Source: a virus
Virus genome (UHGV): UHGV-1353415
Length of the DNA: 36,357 bases
Strand: one strand, 5' to 3'
Made by a program: the position numbers and the translations under genes. Numbering within the stretch: the first letter of the stretch is position 1; each line of letters opens with the position of its first letter. Below the pieces are notes generated by a model. The model was not told the DNA's origin. It saw nothing but the letters and a program-made list of their open reading frames with translations, and searched no databases. Below are positions 10,433 through 19,808 of the stretch, one piece after another.

Positions 10433-10764
10433 TGAAACGGTTATGTTTGGCGTTAGTTATGATGGTTACTGCTCCGGCGATGGCTGCAATTCAGTGCGGC
10501 AACTACACGATGACCGGTGACGGAATGACTGTTATTAACGGTGAAACTGTCACATCACAGAAGATAAAATTTCTGGGAAAAGATGGTGACTATTCAAACA
10601 TAAAAATGGACATGGGCCTGATGCCTTCCCGTGATGGTAACAATTACGGCTTTGAGTTTGTGAAACGTAACGGAAAAGCTTTCCTGAATGTCCAACTGCT
10701 GCAGAACAGCATGGATGCGCCGAAAATCATCGGCTCCTTCCCGTGTAAAAAGGTTGATGGTTAA
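10432..10764 (+). CDS. small secreted protein with N-terminal signal peptide (accessory)
   Basis: ATG overlaps the hub stop (TAATG); MKRLCLALVMMVTAPAMA then AIQC looks like a Sec signal peptide with AXA site; about 110 aa. Confidence 0.5.
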   Translation: MKRLCLALVMMVTAPAMAAIQCGNYTMTGDGMTVINGETVTSQKIKFLGKDGDYSNIKMDMGLMPSRDGNNYGFEFVKRNGKAFLNVQLLQNSMDAPKIIGSFPCKKVDG

Positions 10765-10932
10765 CCAAAAGTTACATTTCTGCATAGTGTTGAGTTTGTT
10801 CACATTCACTAAATAATGATTTTTTATCGCTTGCTAGGTGGTTGCATGATCACTAAACTTTGCGAACTTTTAGCGCTCAGCTAACTTTGAATAAGTGGTG
10901 TATAGTCGTTTAAAACGACAGAGGGATTGGGT
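10765..10932 (+). promoter_or_regulatory. AT-rich intergenic region with TATAGT -10-like element (10901..10906) and 15-bp perfect palindrome GTCGTTTAAAACGAC (10905..10919); putative autoregulated promoter/operator
   Basis: Palindrome and -10-like hexamer read directly; only non-coding gap over 100 bp inside the tail gene block; -35 element not confidently placed. Confidence 0.35.
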
Positions 10933-11505
10933 ATGGCGATTAGCTACGCATTTGCGCTGGCAACAATTACACAACAAATGAATCAGGTTCAGGAAGCTGT
11001 TAACGGTGCTTTCAAACCCCTGATCTCTAATGCTTGTGAACTGCCACAACGATTAGATGCTGAAGAGGTATTTCGTCGTTGTACCGCGATTGCTGCACGC
11101 GCTCAAGAAATCGAAAATACCGCGAAGGAAGGCATGTCTCATCTCGAAGCTTTTCGAAATGGGAGAATCATTGTTGATGAGCTTCCGGAAGAGTTTTTAT
11201 CCCATCTCGAAGGTCTTGCCAAGGCATGCCGAAATGCTAAAGGACATTTAGTGGATATGTTCTCTGAAGCGGAAAGGTCCCCTATGTGGCAAGGCCATCT
11301 GCAAATGTTGCGCCCATTAAAACGCAAATATGTTCGTGCGTTGACCGCCGTCGAGAACACTGCAACTCAGTTGGCCGCTGAAGTTAGGCAATCGCAGCCT
11401 TTCCAGGCTGAACTCTTGTCAGATAATGTTACCCGTGAAGAGGCTATTGAACTGATCTCAACATCGCATAAGATGCTGGGAGCCAACGCCCCTAAATGGA
11501 TGTGA
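10933..11505 (+). CDS. hypothetical protein, putative antitoxin/partner of the downstream YafO-like gene
   Basis: ATG at 10933 with SD GAGGGA 6 nt upstream (track start 10927 is TTG); about 190 aa, no recognised motif; stop 1 nt before the next gene's ATG. Confidence 0.55.
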   Translation: MAISYAFALATITQQMNQVQEAVNGAFKPLISNACELPQRLDAEEVFRRCTAIAARAQEIENTAKEGMSHLEAFRNGRIIVDELPEEFLSHLEGLAKACRNAKGHLVDMFSEAERSPMWQGHLQMLRPLKRKYVRALTAVENTATQLAAEVRQSQPFQAELLSDNVTREEAIELISTSHKMLGANAPKWM

Positions 11506-11506
11506 C

Positions 11507-11923
11507 ATGGCAAAAGTCAGTATCACGGGAGAATTGCGTCATTTAGCTGCAGCACATAAGTATGCTCAAATGCTTGCCGATTATATTTCAAAGGGTTCCC
11601 AGTTCTGGTGTTTTGGTTCGTTAGGCGGTTTTGAACGTAACTATGATGCGATGGCTGCCAACATCAGGAAAATTCACTTAAAGCTACCTGGCGATAAACC
11701 CTGGCCTCCAGAAGCATCTCTGAGTGAACGGACATGTGATAATTTTTTGGTATATGCTCAGCATCTTTATATCGATGAACACTATCAGATATTGGCAATC
11801 ATCAGCCCAAACGCTCATCAGCAAGCTGATTCGATGCTTCCCCGGCTGATAAAATTAGCAGAGGAAACCTTCATAGAACTTCCTCCTGATGAACTCGAAA
11901 AATTGAAAACCTACGATTCATAA
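11507..11923 (+). CDS. YafO-family toxin-like protein (putative ribosome-dependent mRNA interferase)
   Basis: 138 aa; blocks IHLKLPGDKPWPPE, SERTCDNFLVYAQ, QILAIISPNAH and LAEETF match the pattern I recall for E. coli YafO (IHLANENNPFPPQ, SRTNDEAHLVYCQ, LLIAILKPEPH, MAEAF). Confidence 0.5.
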   Translation: MAKVSITGELRHLAAAHKYAQMLADYISKGSQFWCFGSLGGFERNYDAMAANIRKIHLKLPGDKPWPPEASLSERTCDNFLVYAQHLYIDEHYQILAIISPNAHQQADSMLPRLIKLAEETFIELPPDELEKLKTYDS

Positions 11924-11924
11924 A

Positions 11925-11948
11925 CCCGCCACCCGGCGGGTTTTTTGC
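11925..11948 (+). terminator. Rho-independent terminator after the two-gene cassette
   Basis: CCCGCC-ACCC-GGCGGG hairpin followed by TTTTTT. Confidence 0.6.
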
Positions 11949-11965
11949 TTTCTGGAGCCTACTAA

Positions 11966-12721
11966 ATGGCAGTATCTGACCAGACCCGCAGCGGCGACCT
12001 TGCCGAAACATTCAAATCTGAACGGGAAACAACAAAGAACCAGATCCGTGTCGCCTTGCCTGGCATTGTTCAGTCATTCGATCCCGACGCGGTGACGGCG
12101 GTTGTGCAGCCAGCTATCCGTTCGGTTGAAAAGGATAACGACGGTAACCGCATTACCAAAAATTACCCGTTGCTGGTGGATGTGCCAGTGGTATTTCCGC
12201 GCGGTGGAGGCTGTACGTTGACTTTTCCGGTTAAAGCCGGGGATGAATGCCTGGTGATTTTCGCCGACCGCTGCATCGATTTCTGGTGGCAGAACGGCGG
12301 GGTGCAGGAGCCTGTCGACGACCGGGTGCATGATTTATCGGATGCTTTCTGTATCGTCGGGCCGCAGTCTCAGGCGCAGAAAATAAGCGGAATAAGCACC
12401 AGTGGCGCGCAGCTGCGTACTGATGATGGCGCTGCGTTTGTGGAAGTGGCCGCAGGCCATAATATCACGGTTAAAACTCCCGGCGCGTTGACGGCGACAG
12501 CAGAAGGAGGAACCACGATCACATCACCCACCATCACGCTAAACGGCAACGTGACAATAAACGGGAATCTCTCTCAGGGGATGGGCGAAAGCGGCGGCAC
12601 CGCGACGATGCTTGGCCCTGTCACGGTGACTAACGATGTAAAAGCTGGTGGTAAGAGCCTGATGACGCACACGCACGGCGGAGTACAGACCGGCGGCGGT
12701 AACACAGGAGCGCCTAACTGA
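11966..12721 (+). CDS. baseplate central spike protein (gpV/gp45-like)
   Basis: 251 aa with Gly/Thr-rich C-terminus and HTHGGVQTGGGNT-type motif; RBS CTGGAGCC..AAATGG. Confidence 0.5.
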   Translation: MAVSDQTRSGDLAETFKSERETTKNQIRVALPGIVQSFDPDAVTAVVQPAIRSVEKDNDGNRITKNYPLLVDVPVVFPRGGGCTLTFPVKAGDECLVIFADRCIDFWWQNGGVQEPVDDRVHDLSDAFCIVGPQSQAQKISGISTSGAQLRTDDGAAFVEVAAGHNITVKTPGALTATAEGGTTITSPTITLNGNVTINGNLSQGMGESGGTATMLGPVTVTNDVKAGGKSLMTHTHGGVQTGGGNTGAPN

Positions 12722-13074
12722 TGCGATACAGACGTGAAGACGCCGATGGCGATTATACCTTTGGCAGCGGTGATGACACCTGGCTGATTAACTCACCGGA
12801 GGCCGTGGCGCAGGCGGTAAAAACGCGATTCGAATTGTGGTATGGGCAATGGTTTCTCGATACCACCGAAGGGACTCCGTGGATCCAGTCCGTACTCGGT
12901 AAGCAGAAGCCGGAAACCTACAACCTGGCGATCCGTAAGCGCATCCTCGAAACGCGGGGCGTTAAATCAATCCTCTCTTTCAATACGACGGTGGATACCA
13001 CGACCCGACGTGTCATGTTTTCCGCTGAAATCGACACTCTTTATGGAATAACGACTGTTACATCGGAGGCGTAA
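12721..13074 (+). CDS. baseplate protein (gp25/W-like position)
   Basis: 117-aa ORF with ATGA overlap, between spike and J-like genes. Confidence 0.4.
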   Translation: MRYRREDADGDYTFGSGDDTWLINSPEAVAQAVKTRFELWYGQWFLDTTEGTPWIQSVLGKQKPETYNLAIRKRILETRGVKSILSFNTTVDTTTRRVMFSAEIDTLYGITTVTSEA

Positions 13075-14273
13075 TGGCTCTGAACCTTGATTCTCTTGGT
13101 TTATCTGCAAAGGTAACCGCAGAGGGGATCAGTGCGCCTGATTATCAGACGATACTCAGCACCCTGATTAGCTATTTTCAGCAGATTTATGGCAGTGATG
13201 CCTACCTCGAACCGGACAGCAAAGACGGCCAGATGGTGGCTTTGATGGCGCTGGCGATTCATGATGCCAATAATATGGCGATAACTGTCTACAACTGTTT
13301 TTCACCGGCAACCGGCTATGGGGCTGCACTGACCAGCAACGTGAAAATAAATGGTATTTCACGTAAAGGCGCGACGAACTCTACGGTTGATTTGCTTCTT
13401 ACAGGAACTGCCGGAACAACCATCATTAATGGCAGCGTGAAAGACAGTAATAATGTGATATGGCGTTTGCCTGCTTCAGTGGTGGTCGGCGTGGATGGTA
13501 CAGTGATGGCGACCGCAAAATGTTCCGTCAGTGGTGCAGTGGCGGCGCTGGCTGGAACTATCACTGAAATTAATACGCCAACCCGTGGCTGGGTTTCGGT
13601 AACTAATCCTGCTGCGGCTACTGTTGGCTCTCCGGCAGAAACTGATGCTGAGTTACGTATCCGCCAGTCGCAAAGTGTTGCGTTGCCATCAATAACCCCA
13701 TTTGAAGCACTGGATGGTGCTGTTTCTAATGTTACCGGTGTAACCCGCCACAAACTCTATGAAAACGATACTGGTTCGGAGGACGGTAACGGGTTACCGC
13801 CACACTCTGTTGCTGTAATTGTGGATGGCGGTGATGTGACGGATATTGCTCAGGCTATCAGAGGGAATAAAGGCCAGGGGACAGCCACTCACGGTACAAC
13901 ATCCGTTACGGTTCCGGATAAATACGGCAATCCCCATGTAATCAAATTCTCGCGTTCCAGTGATGTACCTGTTTATGCCCGGATTAAATTAAAAGTTTTT
14001 ACGGGTTATACCTCACAGATAGGGCAGCAGATCCAGCAGGCTATTTCCGACTATATCAATAGTCTGACGATTGGTGATTCGGTCCTTTTGAGTCGCATTT
14101 ACTCACCGGCGAATCTTGGCGTGGTGAGTGGCGGGAATGCACGCTATTACGATATTCAGGAACTGACGATTGGGAAATCCCCGGGGGCTTTGTCGTCATC
14201 AAACATTGATATCAGATACAACGAATCTGCGTCCTGTACCCCGGAAAATATCGTTATAACGGTGGAGTCATGA
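13074..14273 (+). CDS. baseplate J-like protein
   Basis: 399-aa ORF in conserved position after the spike and small baseplate protein. Confidence 0.5.
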   Translation: MALNLDSLGLSAKVTAEGISAPDYQTILSTLISYFQQIYGSDAYLEPDSKDGQMVALMALAIHDANNMAITVYNCFSPATGYGAALTSNVKINGISRKGATNSTVDLLLTGTAGTTIINGSVKDSNNVIWRLPASVVVGVDGTVMATAKCSVSGAVAALAGTITEINTPTRGWVSVTNPAAATVGSPAETDAELRIRQSQSVALPSITPFEALDGAVSNVTGVTRHKLYENDTGSEDGNGLPPHSVAVIVDGGDVTDIAQAIRGNKGQGTATHGTTSVTVPDKYGNPHVIKFSRSSDVPVYARIKLKVFTGYTSQIGQQIQQAISDYINSLTIGDSVLLSRIYSPANLGVVSGGNARYYDIQELTIGKSPGALSSSNIDIRYNESASCTPENIVITVES

Positions 14274-14950
14274 GCAAATACACCGAACTAATCACGAACT
14301 ACCACGCCACCAAACCTAAATTTCTTGCGCATGTTGATCTGATGACCCGGCCGCTTATTGATGTTGCGGCTGCCACCAGAGGGCTGATTACTGCATTTGA
14401 TATTGACTCTGCGGTTGGTGTGCAACTTGACATTCTTGGATTGTGGATCGGACGTAGCCGTGTTGTCAGCCAGCCTATCTCAGGTGTCTATTTCAGCTGG
14501 GATACCGACGGGCTTGGATATGATCAGGGTGTATGGCAGGGGCCATACGATCCTGATTCCGGATACATGTACCTCAGCGATGAAACTTATCGTGTCATCC
14601 TTAAAGCGAAGATTGCGATTAATAACTGGGATGGACGGAATGATTCGCTTCCGGCAATTCTTGACGCGGCGACAGCAGGATCCGGACTGCGAATGCAGAT
14701 AGTCGATAACCAGGACATGACGATATCGGTCTGGGTCTTTCCTGATACTGATATTTCAGATGTATCGCGTGAGTTAATTGCTGCAATTAAACAGGGATAT
14801 CTCACAGTAAAAGCCGCCGGTGTGTGGGCGGGTGGCATTGAAACACCTTCGGTGGAAACCCCATCGGAAGGTTCAAAATTTTTTGGTTTTGATATGGATA
14901 ACGAATTCATCAGTGGTTTTGATGTAGGGGCATGGGGAGTATTACTCTGA
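14270..14950 (+). CDS. baseplate/tail protein (gpI / Mu gp48-like position)
   Basis: 226-aa ORF, 4-nt overlap with the J-like gene. Confidence 0.45.
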   Translation: MSKYTELITNYHATKPKFLAHVDLMTRPLIDVAAATRGLITAFDIDSAVGVQLDILGLWIGRSRVVSQPISGVYFSWDTDGLGYDQGVWQGPYDPDSGYMYLSDETYRVILKAKIAINNWDGRNDSLPAILDAATAGSGLRMQIVDNQDMTISVWVFPDTDISDVSRELIAAIKQGYLTVKAAGVWAGGIETPSVETPSEGSKFFGFDMDNEFISGFDVGAWGVLL

Positions 14951-15645
14951 TGGCGAAAAATGACTTTAAAGCGTTTGCAACGGATCGAAATGCCAATGTT
15001 ATGTCGCAGGAGGAATGGGAAGCGTTGCCTGCGCTTTTATCCGGATTTACAGCAGGGAAAGCCTCCAGTGCGCAAGTCAATAAGGTTATTCGGCAGGCCA
15101 GCTTTATTGCTGCAGCTCTGGCCCAGTTTGTAAGTGATAAAACGCAACGGGATGTGCTTGATAATGGTGATCTGCCCGGTTTTGTTGAATTGCTGGGATC
15201 GGGGTTTGCTGTTGAATACCTGAGTCGCAAAAATCCATTTGGCGATATCAAATCGGATGGCACTGTGCAAACGGCTCTCGAAAACCTTGGTTTGGGAGAA
15301 GCGGCTAAAAGAAATGTAGGGACCGGCACCAATCAAATTCCTGACATGTCTAGCTTTACAAGTGGAAATGGCTGGTGTCGTTACCCTGATGGAACTATCT
15401 TTCAACGTGGTGTTTCAGTGGCAGGAGCGATTGGATCTCCCACTTTTATAAATTTCCCCATTGCATTTACCGACTACTCAACCGTGCAAATTGTTGTGTC
15501 GTATGATAATGCGGGATCTGCAGTAAATTCAATTCCTTCTTTTGCGGCTACACCCGTTAGTACCGGTCTTGGTTTTAGCTTAATGGGTTCCCAGCCATCA
15601 GGTAGCAATACAACTTATTGTCGATGGATAGCTATAGGTAAATAA
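14950..15645 (+). CDS. tail fibre protein
   Basis: ATG at 14950 overlapping the upstream stop; N-terminal region typical of enterobacterial phage tail fibres (..[16 protein letters not shown]..), followed by an assembly chaperone gene. Confidence 0.5.
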   Translation: MAKNDFKAFATDRNANVMSQEEWEALPALLSGFTAGKASSAQVNKVIRQASFIAAALAQFVSDKTQRDVLDNGDLPGFVELLGSGFAVEYLSRKNPFGDIKSDGTVQTALENLGLGEAAKRNVGTGTNQIPDMSSFTSGNGWCRYPDGTIFQRGVSVAGAIGSPTFINFPIAFTDYSTVQIVVSYDNAGSAVNSIPSFAATPVSTGLGFSLMGSQPSGSNTTYCRWIAIGK

Positions 15646-15646
15646 A

Positions 15647-16078
15647 ATGAAAAAATATGTGTACAGTGCAATAAATAACGCTTTCTATCCAACATCAATG
15701 AAAGAAGATTATATTTCTGGAAATTGCTGGCCTACTGATGGTGTTGAATGTGACGAAGATATATTTACAGAATATACAAAGGAACCGCCAACTGGGAAGG
15801 TCCGCATCGCTGGAAAAGATGGTTATCCGGAATGGGGTGAACTACCAGCACTAACTCATGATGAGCAGGTAGCAGCAGCAGAACGCAAGAGGCAGATTCT
15901 TATTGAACAGGCCAACTCTAACATGAACAGCAAGCAATGGCCTGGAAAAGCGGCTATGGGTCGGCTCCGTAATGATGAAAAATATCAGTATGGTGCATGG
16001 CTGGATTATCTTGATGAATTGGAAGCTATTAATGTTACCAAGGCTCCCGACATAGAATGGCCTATTAAGCCAGCTTAA
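15647..16078 (+). CDS. tail fibre assembly protein (Tfa)
   Basis: 143 aa starting MKKYVYSAINNAFYP.., the characteristic Tfa N-terminus; directly after the fibre gene. Confidence 0.6.
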   Translation: MKKYVYSAINNAFYPTSMKEDYISGNCWPTDGVECDEDIFTEYTKEPPTGKVRIAGKDGYPEWGELPALTHDEQVAAAERKRQILIEQANSNMNSKQWPGKAAMGRLRNDEKYQYGAWLDYLDELEAINVTKAPDIEWPIKPA

Positions 16079-16082
16079 CTTC

Positions 16083-16114
16083 ATTGGTCACTCAGCATTT
16101 GCTGAGTGACCAAT
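16083..16114 (+). terminator. 15-bp perfect inverted repeat hairpin terminating the tail operon
   Basis: ATTGGTCACTCAGCA tt TGCTGAGTGACCAAT followed by ATTTTA; lies between the convergent Tfa and acyltransferase genes. Confidence 0.55.
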
Positions 16115-16474
16115 ATTTTAACTAATTGTTTTTAAACTGTTTTTTTCATTGCGGGTTTTTCAATGTATAAGTAAGTTAAGCAACTTATCATTGCACAAAT
16201 TGATAAAGATATTGCTGCAAACGCAGTATAGTTTAATGAGCTTGAAATGAAATTAAAGGTCATTACCATGCTTAAGCCATGCATCAAATAAATGCTGTAA
16301 CTTACAGAACCCGCCACCTTGAAGAACTTGGTGTTTATAATTTGAAAAGCTTTGGAGCCAGTACACGCACTTAAAAAAAACAAAAATAGCGGAATCACTA
16401 TGTAAACATTGTAAATGTTAAAGTCCTGCCAGTATGCAACAGCAATAAGCGATAAAAGGGGTAATGACTCCAAC

Positions 16475-16978
16475 TTACTGATAGTGTTTTATGTTCAGAT
16501 AATGCCCGATGACCTTGTCATGCAGCTCCACCGATTTTGAGAACGACAGTGACTTCCGTCCCAGCCTTGCCAGATGTTGTCTCAGATTCAGGTTATGCCG
16601 CTCAATTCGCTGAGTGTAACGCTTGCTGATTACGTGCAGCTTTCCCTTCAGGCGGGATTCATACAGCGGCCAGCCATCCGTCATCCATACCACGACCTCA
16701 AAGGCCGACAGCAGGCTTAGAAGACGCTCCAGTGTGGCCAGAGTGCGTTCACCGAATACGTGCGCAACAACCGTCTTCCGGAGCCTGTCATACGCGTAAA
16801 ACAGCCAGCGCTGGCGCGATTTAGCCCCGACGTATCCCCACTGTTCGTCCATTTCCGCGCAGACGATGACGTCACTGCCCGGCTGTATGCGCGAGGTTAC
16901 CGACTGCGGCCTGAGTTTTTTAAATGGCGGAAAATCGTGTTGAGGCCAACGCCCATAATGCGGGCGGTTGCCCGGCAT
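16475..16978 (-). CDS. insB: IS1 InsB (transposase frame, expressed as InsAB' by frameshift)
   Basis: 167-aa product ..[44 protein letters not shown].. matches IS1 InsB. Confidence 0.85.
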   Translation of the reverse strand: MPGNRPHYGRWPQHDFPPFKKLRPQSVTSRIQPGSDVIVCAEMDEQWGYVGAKSRQRWLFYAYDRLRKTVVAHVFGERTLATLERLLSLLSAFEVVVWMTDGWPLYESRLKGKLHVISKRYTQRIERHNLNLRQHLARLGRKSLSFSKSVELHDKVIGHYLNIKHYQ

Positions 16979-17172
16979 CCAACGCCATTCATGGCCATAT
17001 CAATGATTTTCTGGTGCGTACCGGGTTGAGAAGCGGTGTAAGTGAACTGCAGTTGCCATGTTTTACGGCAGTGAGAGCAGAGATAGCGCTGATGTCCGGC
17101 GGTGCTTTTGCCGTTACGCACCACCCCGTCAGTAGCTGAACAGGAGGGACAGCTGATAGAAACAGAAGCCAC
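16897..17172 (-). CDS. insA: IS1 InsA
   Basis: 91-aa product [43 protein letters not shown].. matches IS1 InsA. Confidence 0.9.
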   Translation of the reverse strand: MASVSISCPSCSATDGVVRNGKSTAGHQRYLCSHCRKTWQLQFTYTASQPGTHQKIIDMAMNGVGCRATARIMGVGLNTIFRHLKNSGRSR

Positions 17173-18327
17173 TGGAGCACCTCAAAAACACCATCATACA
17201 CTAAATCAGTAAGTTGGCAGCATCACCATAAAAGGTACACAATTGTCATCATTACGCTATTGGCTTGTTTGATAGCGTTGTTCTTTAGGTAACCAGAAGC
17301 TAGCGCTGCAACAAAGCCACCAATAAAGCAAAAGAGAAGAGTGGCAAACATTTCACTGATAAGCCCTTGGCGGTAAGCAATTAATACCGAGAAAAGCATA
17401 ATTATTACCGAAAAACATGCATCTCTTATTGATTTTACGAACATAGAGATATATGGTAAAATTATATAAAAACCCCACTCATATGCAAGAGTCCAGATAA
17501 CCCCGCCAACGATTAAAGATCCATGAATAGAAGGTGTAAGGCCATTAGGGTCAATTATACCAAACGTAAAATATCGGCCAACTTCAACAATAATGTTGTG
17601 AATCCCAATGCTATCGTTGGGTCGAATTAATTCAGAAACACAAACAACGCAAAGCACCATGAATGCATACATTGGAATTAGTCTCTTAACTCGCGCCGAC
17701 AAAAATATTGCAGCATTGTTTATTGGTTTATTTATTATTTTTCTAAAGAAGAGAAACCCTGTAATCATAAAGAATATCATGACTGGAATGGAGCCAAAAT
17801 ATGCAATAGCCAATAAACTATTGTTGCTTGACTTCGCCGTAAATCCATCATTCAAAAATATACTCCATTTATCATGATAAAGATAATTGAACATATATAC
17901 TGAATGGTGAAGGGCGACCATGACAGCCGCCAACCCCCTGAGGCAAGATAAATTGTCATCACCTCGCAACCCAAAAGAAGAGTCTGCAACTAATTCATTC
18001 TTAAACCTTCCGGCAATCCAAAAAACAAAAAATACAGGGATGGAAGATAAAATAAAGATAATAAACGTCAAGTCAAACATAAAAACGCTCACGACCATTA
18101 GGGATTATATAATATCCTGATGTTAAATCATTTAAAGCTATACTTCATTACATTTATATAAAAACGGTAATGGAAAAGATGGTATGAAAATTTCCGCTTT
18201 AAAAACAATTGGATATAATTCTTTCTGTTCTCGTGTTAATCCTATCAAAAAAATGGGATGGGTGCATCATCAACGATGCGCGTGCAGGTTAGTTTGATGA
18301 CTACCCGCTGAAGTGAAAATTGTGTTG

Positions 18328-18621
18328 TGTACCAAATTGCGTACCAAACTAAAATCACAAATCATGAAACCCTTGTTCATGGCGGTTCTCAGGGGTGTTG
18401 CGCGTAATCGTGAAAGAGGAAGGTAGGTTGTTTATCTGTGCCTGTCATTGTCTAGCATTGTCCACTGTAGTTAATTAACTGTCTGTTATAACTCGAAAAA
18501 CAACCCTTTTTTAACCTGAGTATGTCTACGAACGTCAAATATAGTTGTTTACTGTGCGCTGTTGTCCATGTGATATTGTGTACCAGATGTGTACCAAACC
18601 ATTATTTTTGAGCGTACCAAA
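18328..18621 (+). repeat. attP-like region with five GTACCA(A/G)A direct repeats (putative integrase arm-type sites)
   Basis: Copies at about 18329, 18341, 18580, 18591 and 18614, flanking roughly 220 bp of non-coding AT-rich DNA immediately upstream of int. Confidence 0.4.
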
Positions 18622-18629
18622 TATTATTT

Positions 18630-19808
18630 ATGGCTATAAGCGACACAAAACTGCGTACTATTTATGGTAAACCATATTCGGGCCCACAAGAAGTGGCTGA
18701 TGCCGATGGCCTCAGCGTACGAATTTCACCGAAGGGGGTCATCCAGTTCCAGTACCGCTATCGCTGGCATGGCAAGCCTAATCGACTTGGGCTTGGTCGA
18801 TACCCATCCCTGTCTTTGAAGGATGCCAGACAGATCACTGCTGACTTGCGAAAGCTCTATTTCTCAGGAACGGATCCACGCACTTATTTTGAAGAGAAGG
18901 TGGAGAACTCCATGACGGTCGCCCAGTGTCTCGACTACTGGTTCGACAACTACGTCTCTACAACTCTCAGAGAAAAGACCCAGGCACTTTACCGATCAAC
19001 GGTTATGAAGCGCATGTATGACGCCTTCCCTAATCGTCCGGCATCTTCTATCACGGTTAAGCAATGGGTTGACCTGCTTACCGAAGAAGAAAGAGATAAT
19101 CCACGCCGAGCAAGGCAGGTGCTAAGTCAACTAAGATCAGCAATAAGTTGGTGCATGCGGCGTCAGTTGATAGATAGTTGCGCAATTATGAGCATCCAAC
19201 CAAGGGACTTCGGCTCCCGCGCTGAGGTAGGGGAGCGGGTACTGTCGTATCACGAACTGGCTAAGATTTGGCTTGCTATTGAAAGAAGCCGTGCGTCTAC
19301 GTCAAATAAGCTCCTTCATCAGATGCTTATGCTGTGGGGGTCGAGGCTCTCAGAGCTTAGGCTGGCAACAAAGACAGAATTTGACCTGCTGGACAACGTA
19401 TGGACCGTACCGAAAGAGCATAGCAAGATGGGTAATGTTATCCGCCGTCCAATCTTCGAACAAATTAAGCCTTTTCTCGAAAAGGCCATGACAACGTACA
19501 ATGATGTTCTTTTCCCTGGAGAAGACATAAACAAACCGATCAGCATCGCTGCAGCCAACCGATTCGTAAATAGAATAAGGGGAGGGATGGACATAGGTTA
19601 CTGGCGAACACATGATTTCAGAAGAACGCTTGTTACACGGCTGTCCGAGATGAATGTCGAGCCCCATGTTACTGAGCGAATGCTCGGTCATGAACTTGGC
19701 GGGATAATGTCCGTGTACAATAAACACGACTGGATAGAGGCTCAGCGCAAAGCGTATGAGCTTCACGCTGATAAATTGTTCTGGCACATCAGGAACATTT
19801 CTGGTTAA
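18630..19808 (+). CDS. int: tyrosine integrase (P4-type, with N-terminal arm-binding domain)
   Basis: 392 aa; catalytic-type motifs ..HDFRRT.. and ..LGHELGGIMSVYNKHD.. near the C-terminus; N-terminal ..LSVRISPKGVIQFQYRYRW.. arm-binding fold signature. Confidence 0.85.
   Translation: MAISDTKLRTIYGKPYSGPQEVADADGLSVRISPKGVIQFQYRYRWHGKPNRLGLGRYPSLSLKDARQITADLRKLYFSGTDPRTYFEEKVENSMTVAQCLDYWFDNYVSTTLREKTQALYRSTVMKRMYDAFPNRPASSITVKQWVDLLTEEERDNPRRARQVLSQLRSAISWCMRRQLIDSCAIMSIQPRDFGSRAEVGERVLSYHELAKIWLAIERSRASTSNKLLHQMLMLWGSRLSELRLATKTEFDLLDNVWTVPKEHSKMGNVIRRPIFEQIKPFLEKAMTTYNDVLFPGEDINKPISIAAANRFVNRIRGGMDIGYWRTHDFRRTLVTRLSEMNVEPHVTERMLGHELGGIMSVYNKHDWIEAQRKAYELHADKLFWHIRNISG

Larger units (their letters stand above)
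16461..17227 (-). mobile_element. IS1 insertion sequence
   Basis: Ends GGTAATGACTCCAACTTACTGAT.. and ..ATCAGTAAGTTGGCAGCATCACC match IS1 inverted repeats; contains insA and insB; flanked by direct repeat ATAAAAGG (16453..16460 and 17228..17235). Confidence 0.9.
16132..18098 (-). pseudogene. acyltransferase family 3 (O-antigen acetylase-like) gene disrupted by IS1
   Basis: N-terminal fragment (17223..18098) is polytopic-membrane-like with ..LRGLAAVMVALHH..; C-terminal fragment (16132..16473) is hydrophobic; IS1 sits between them. Confidence 0.6.
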
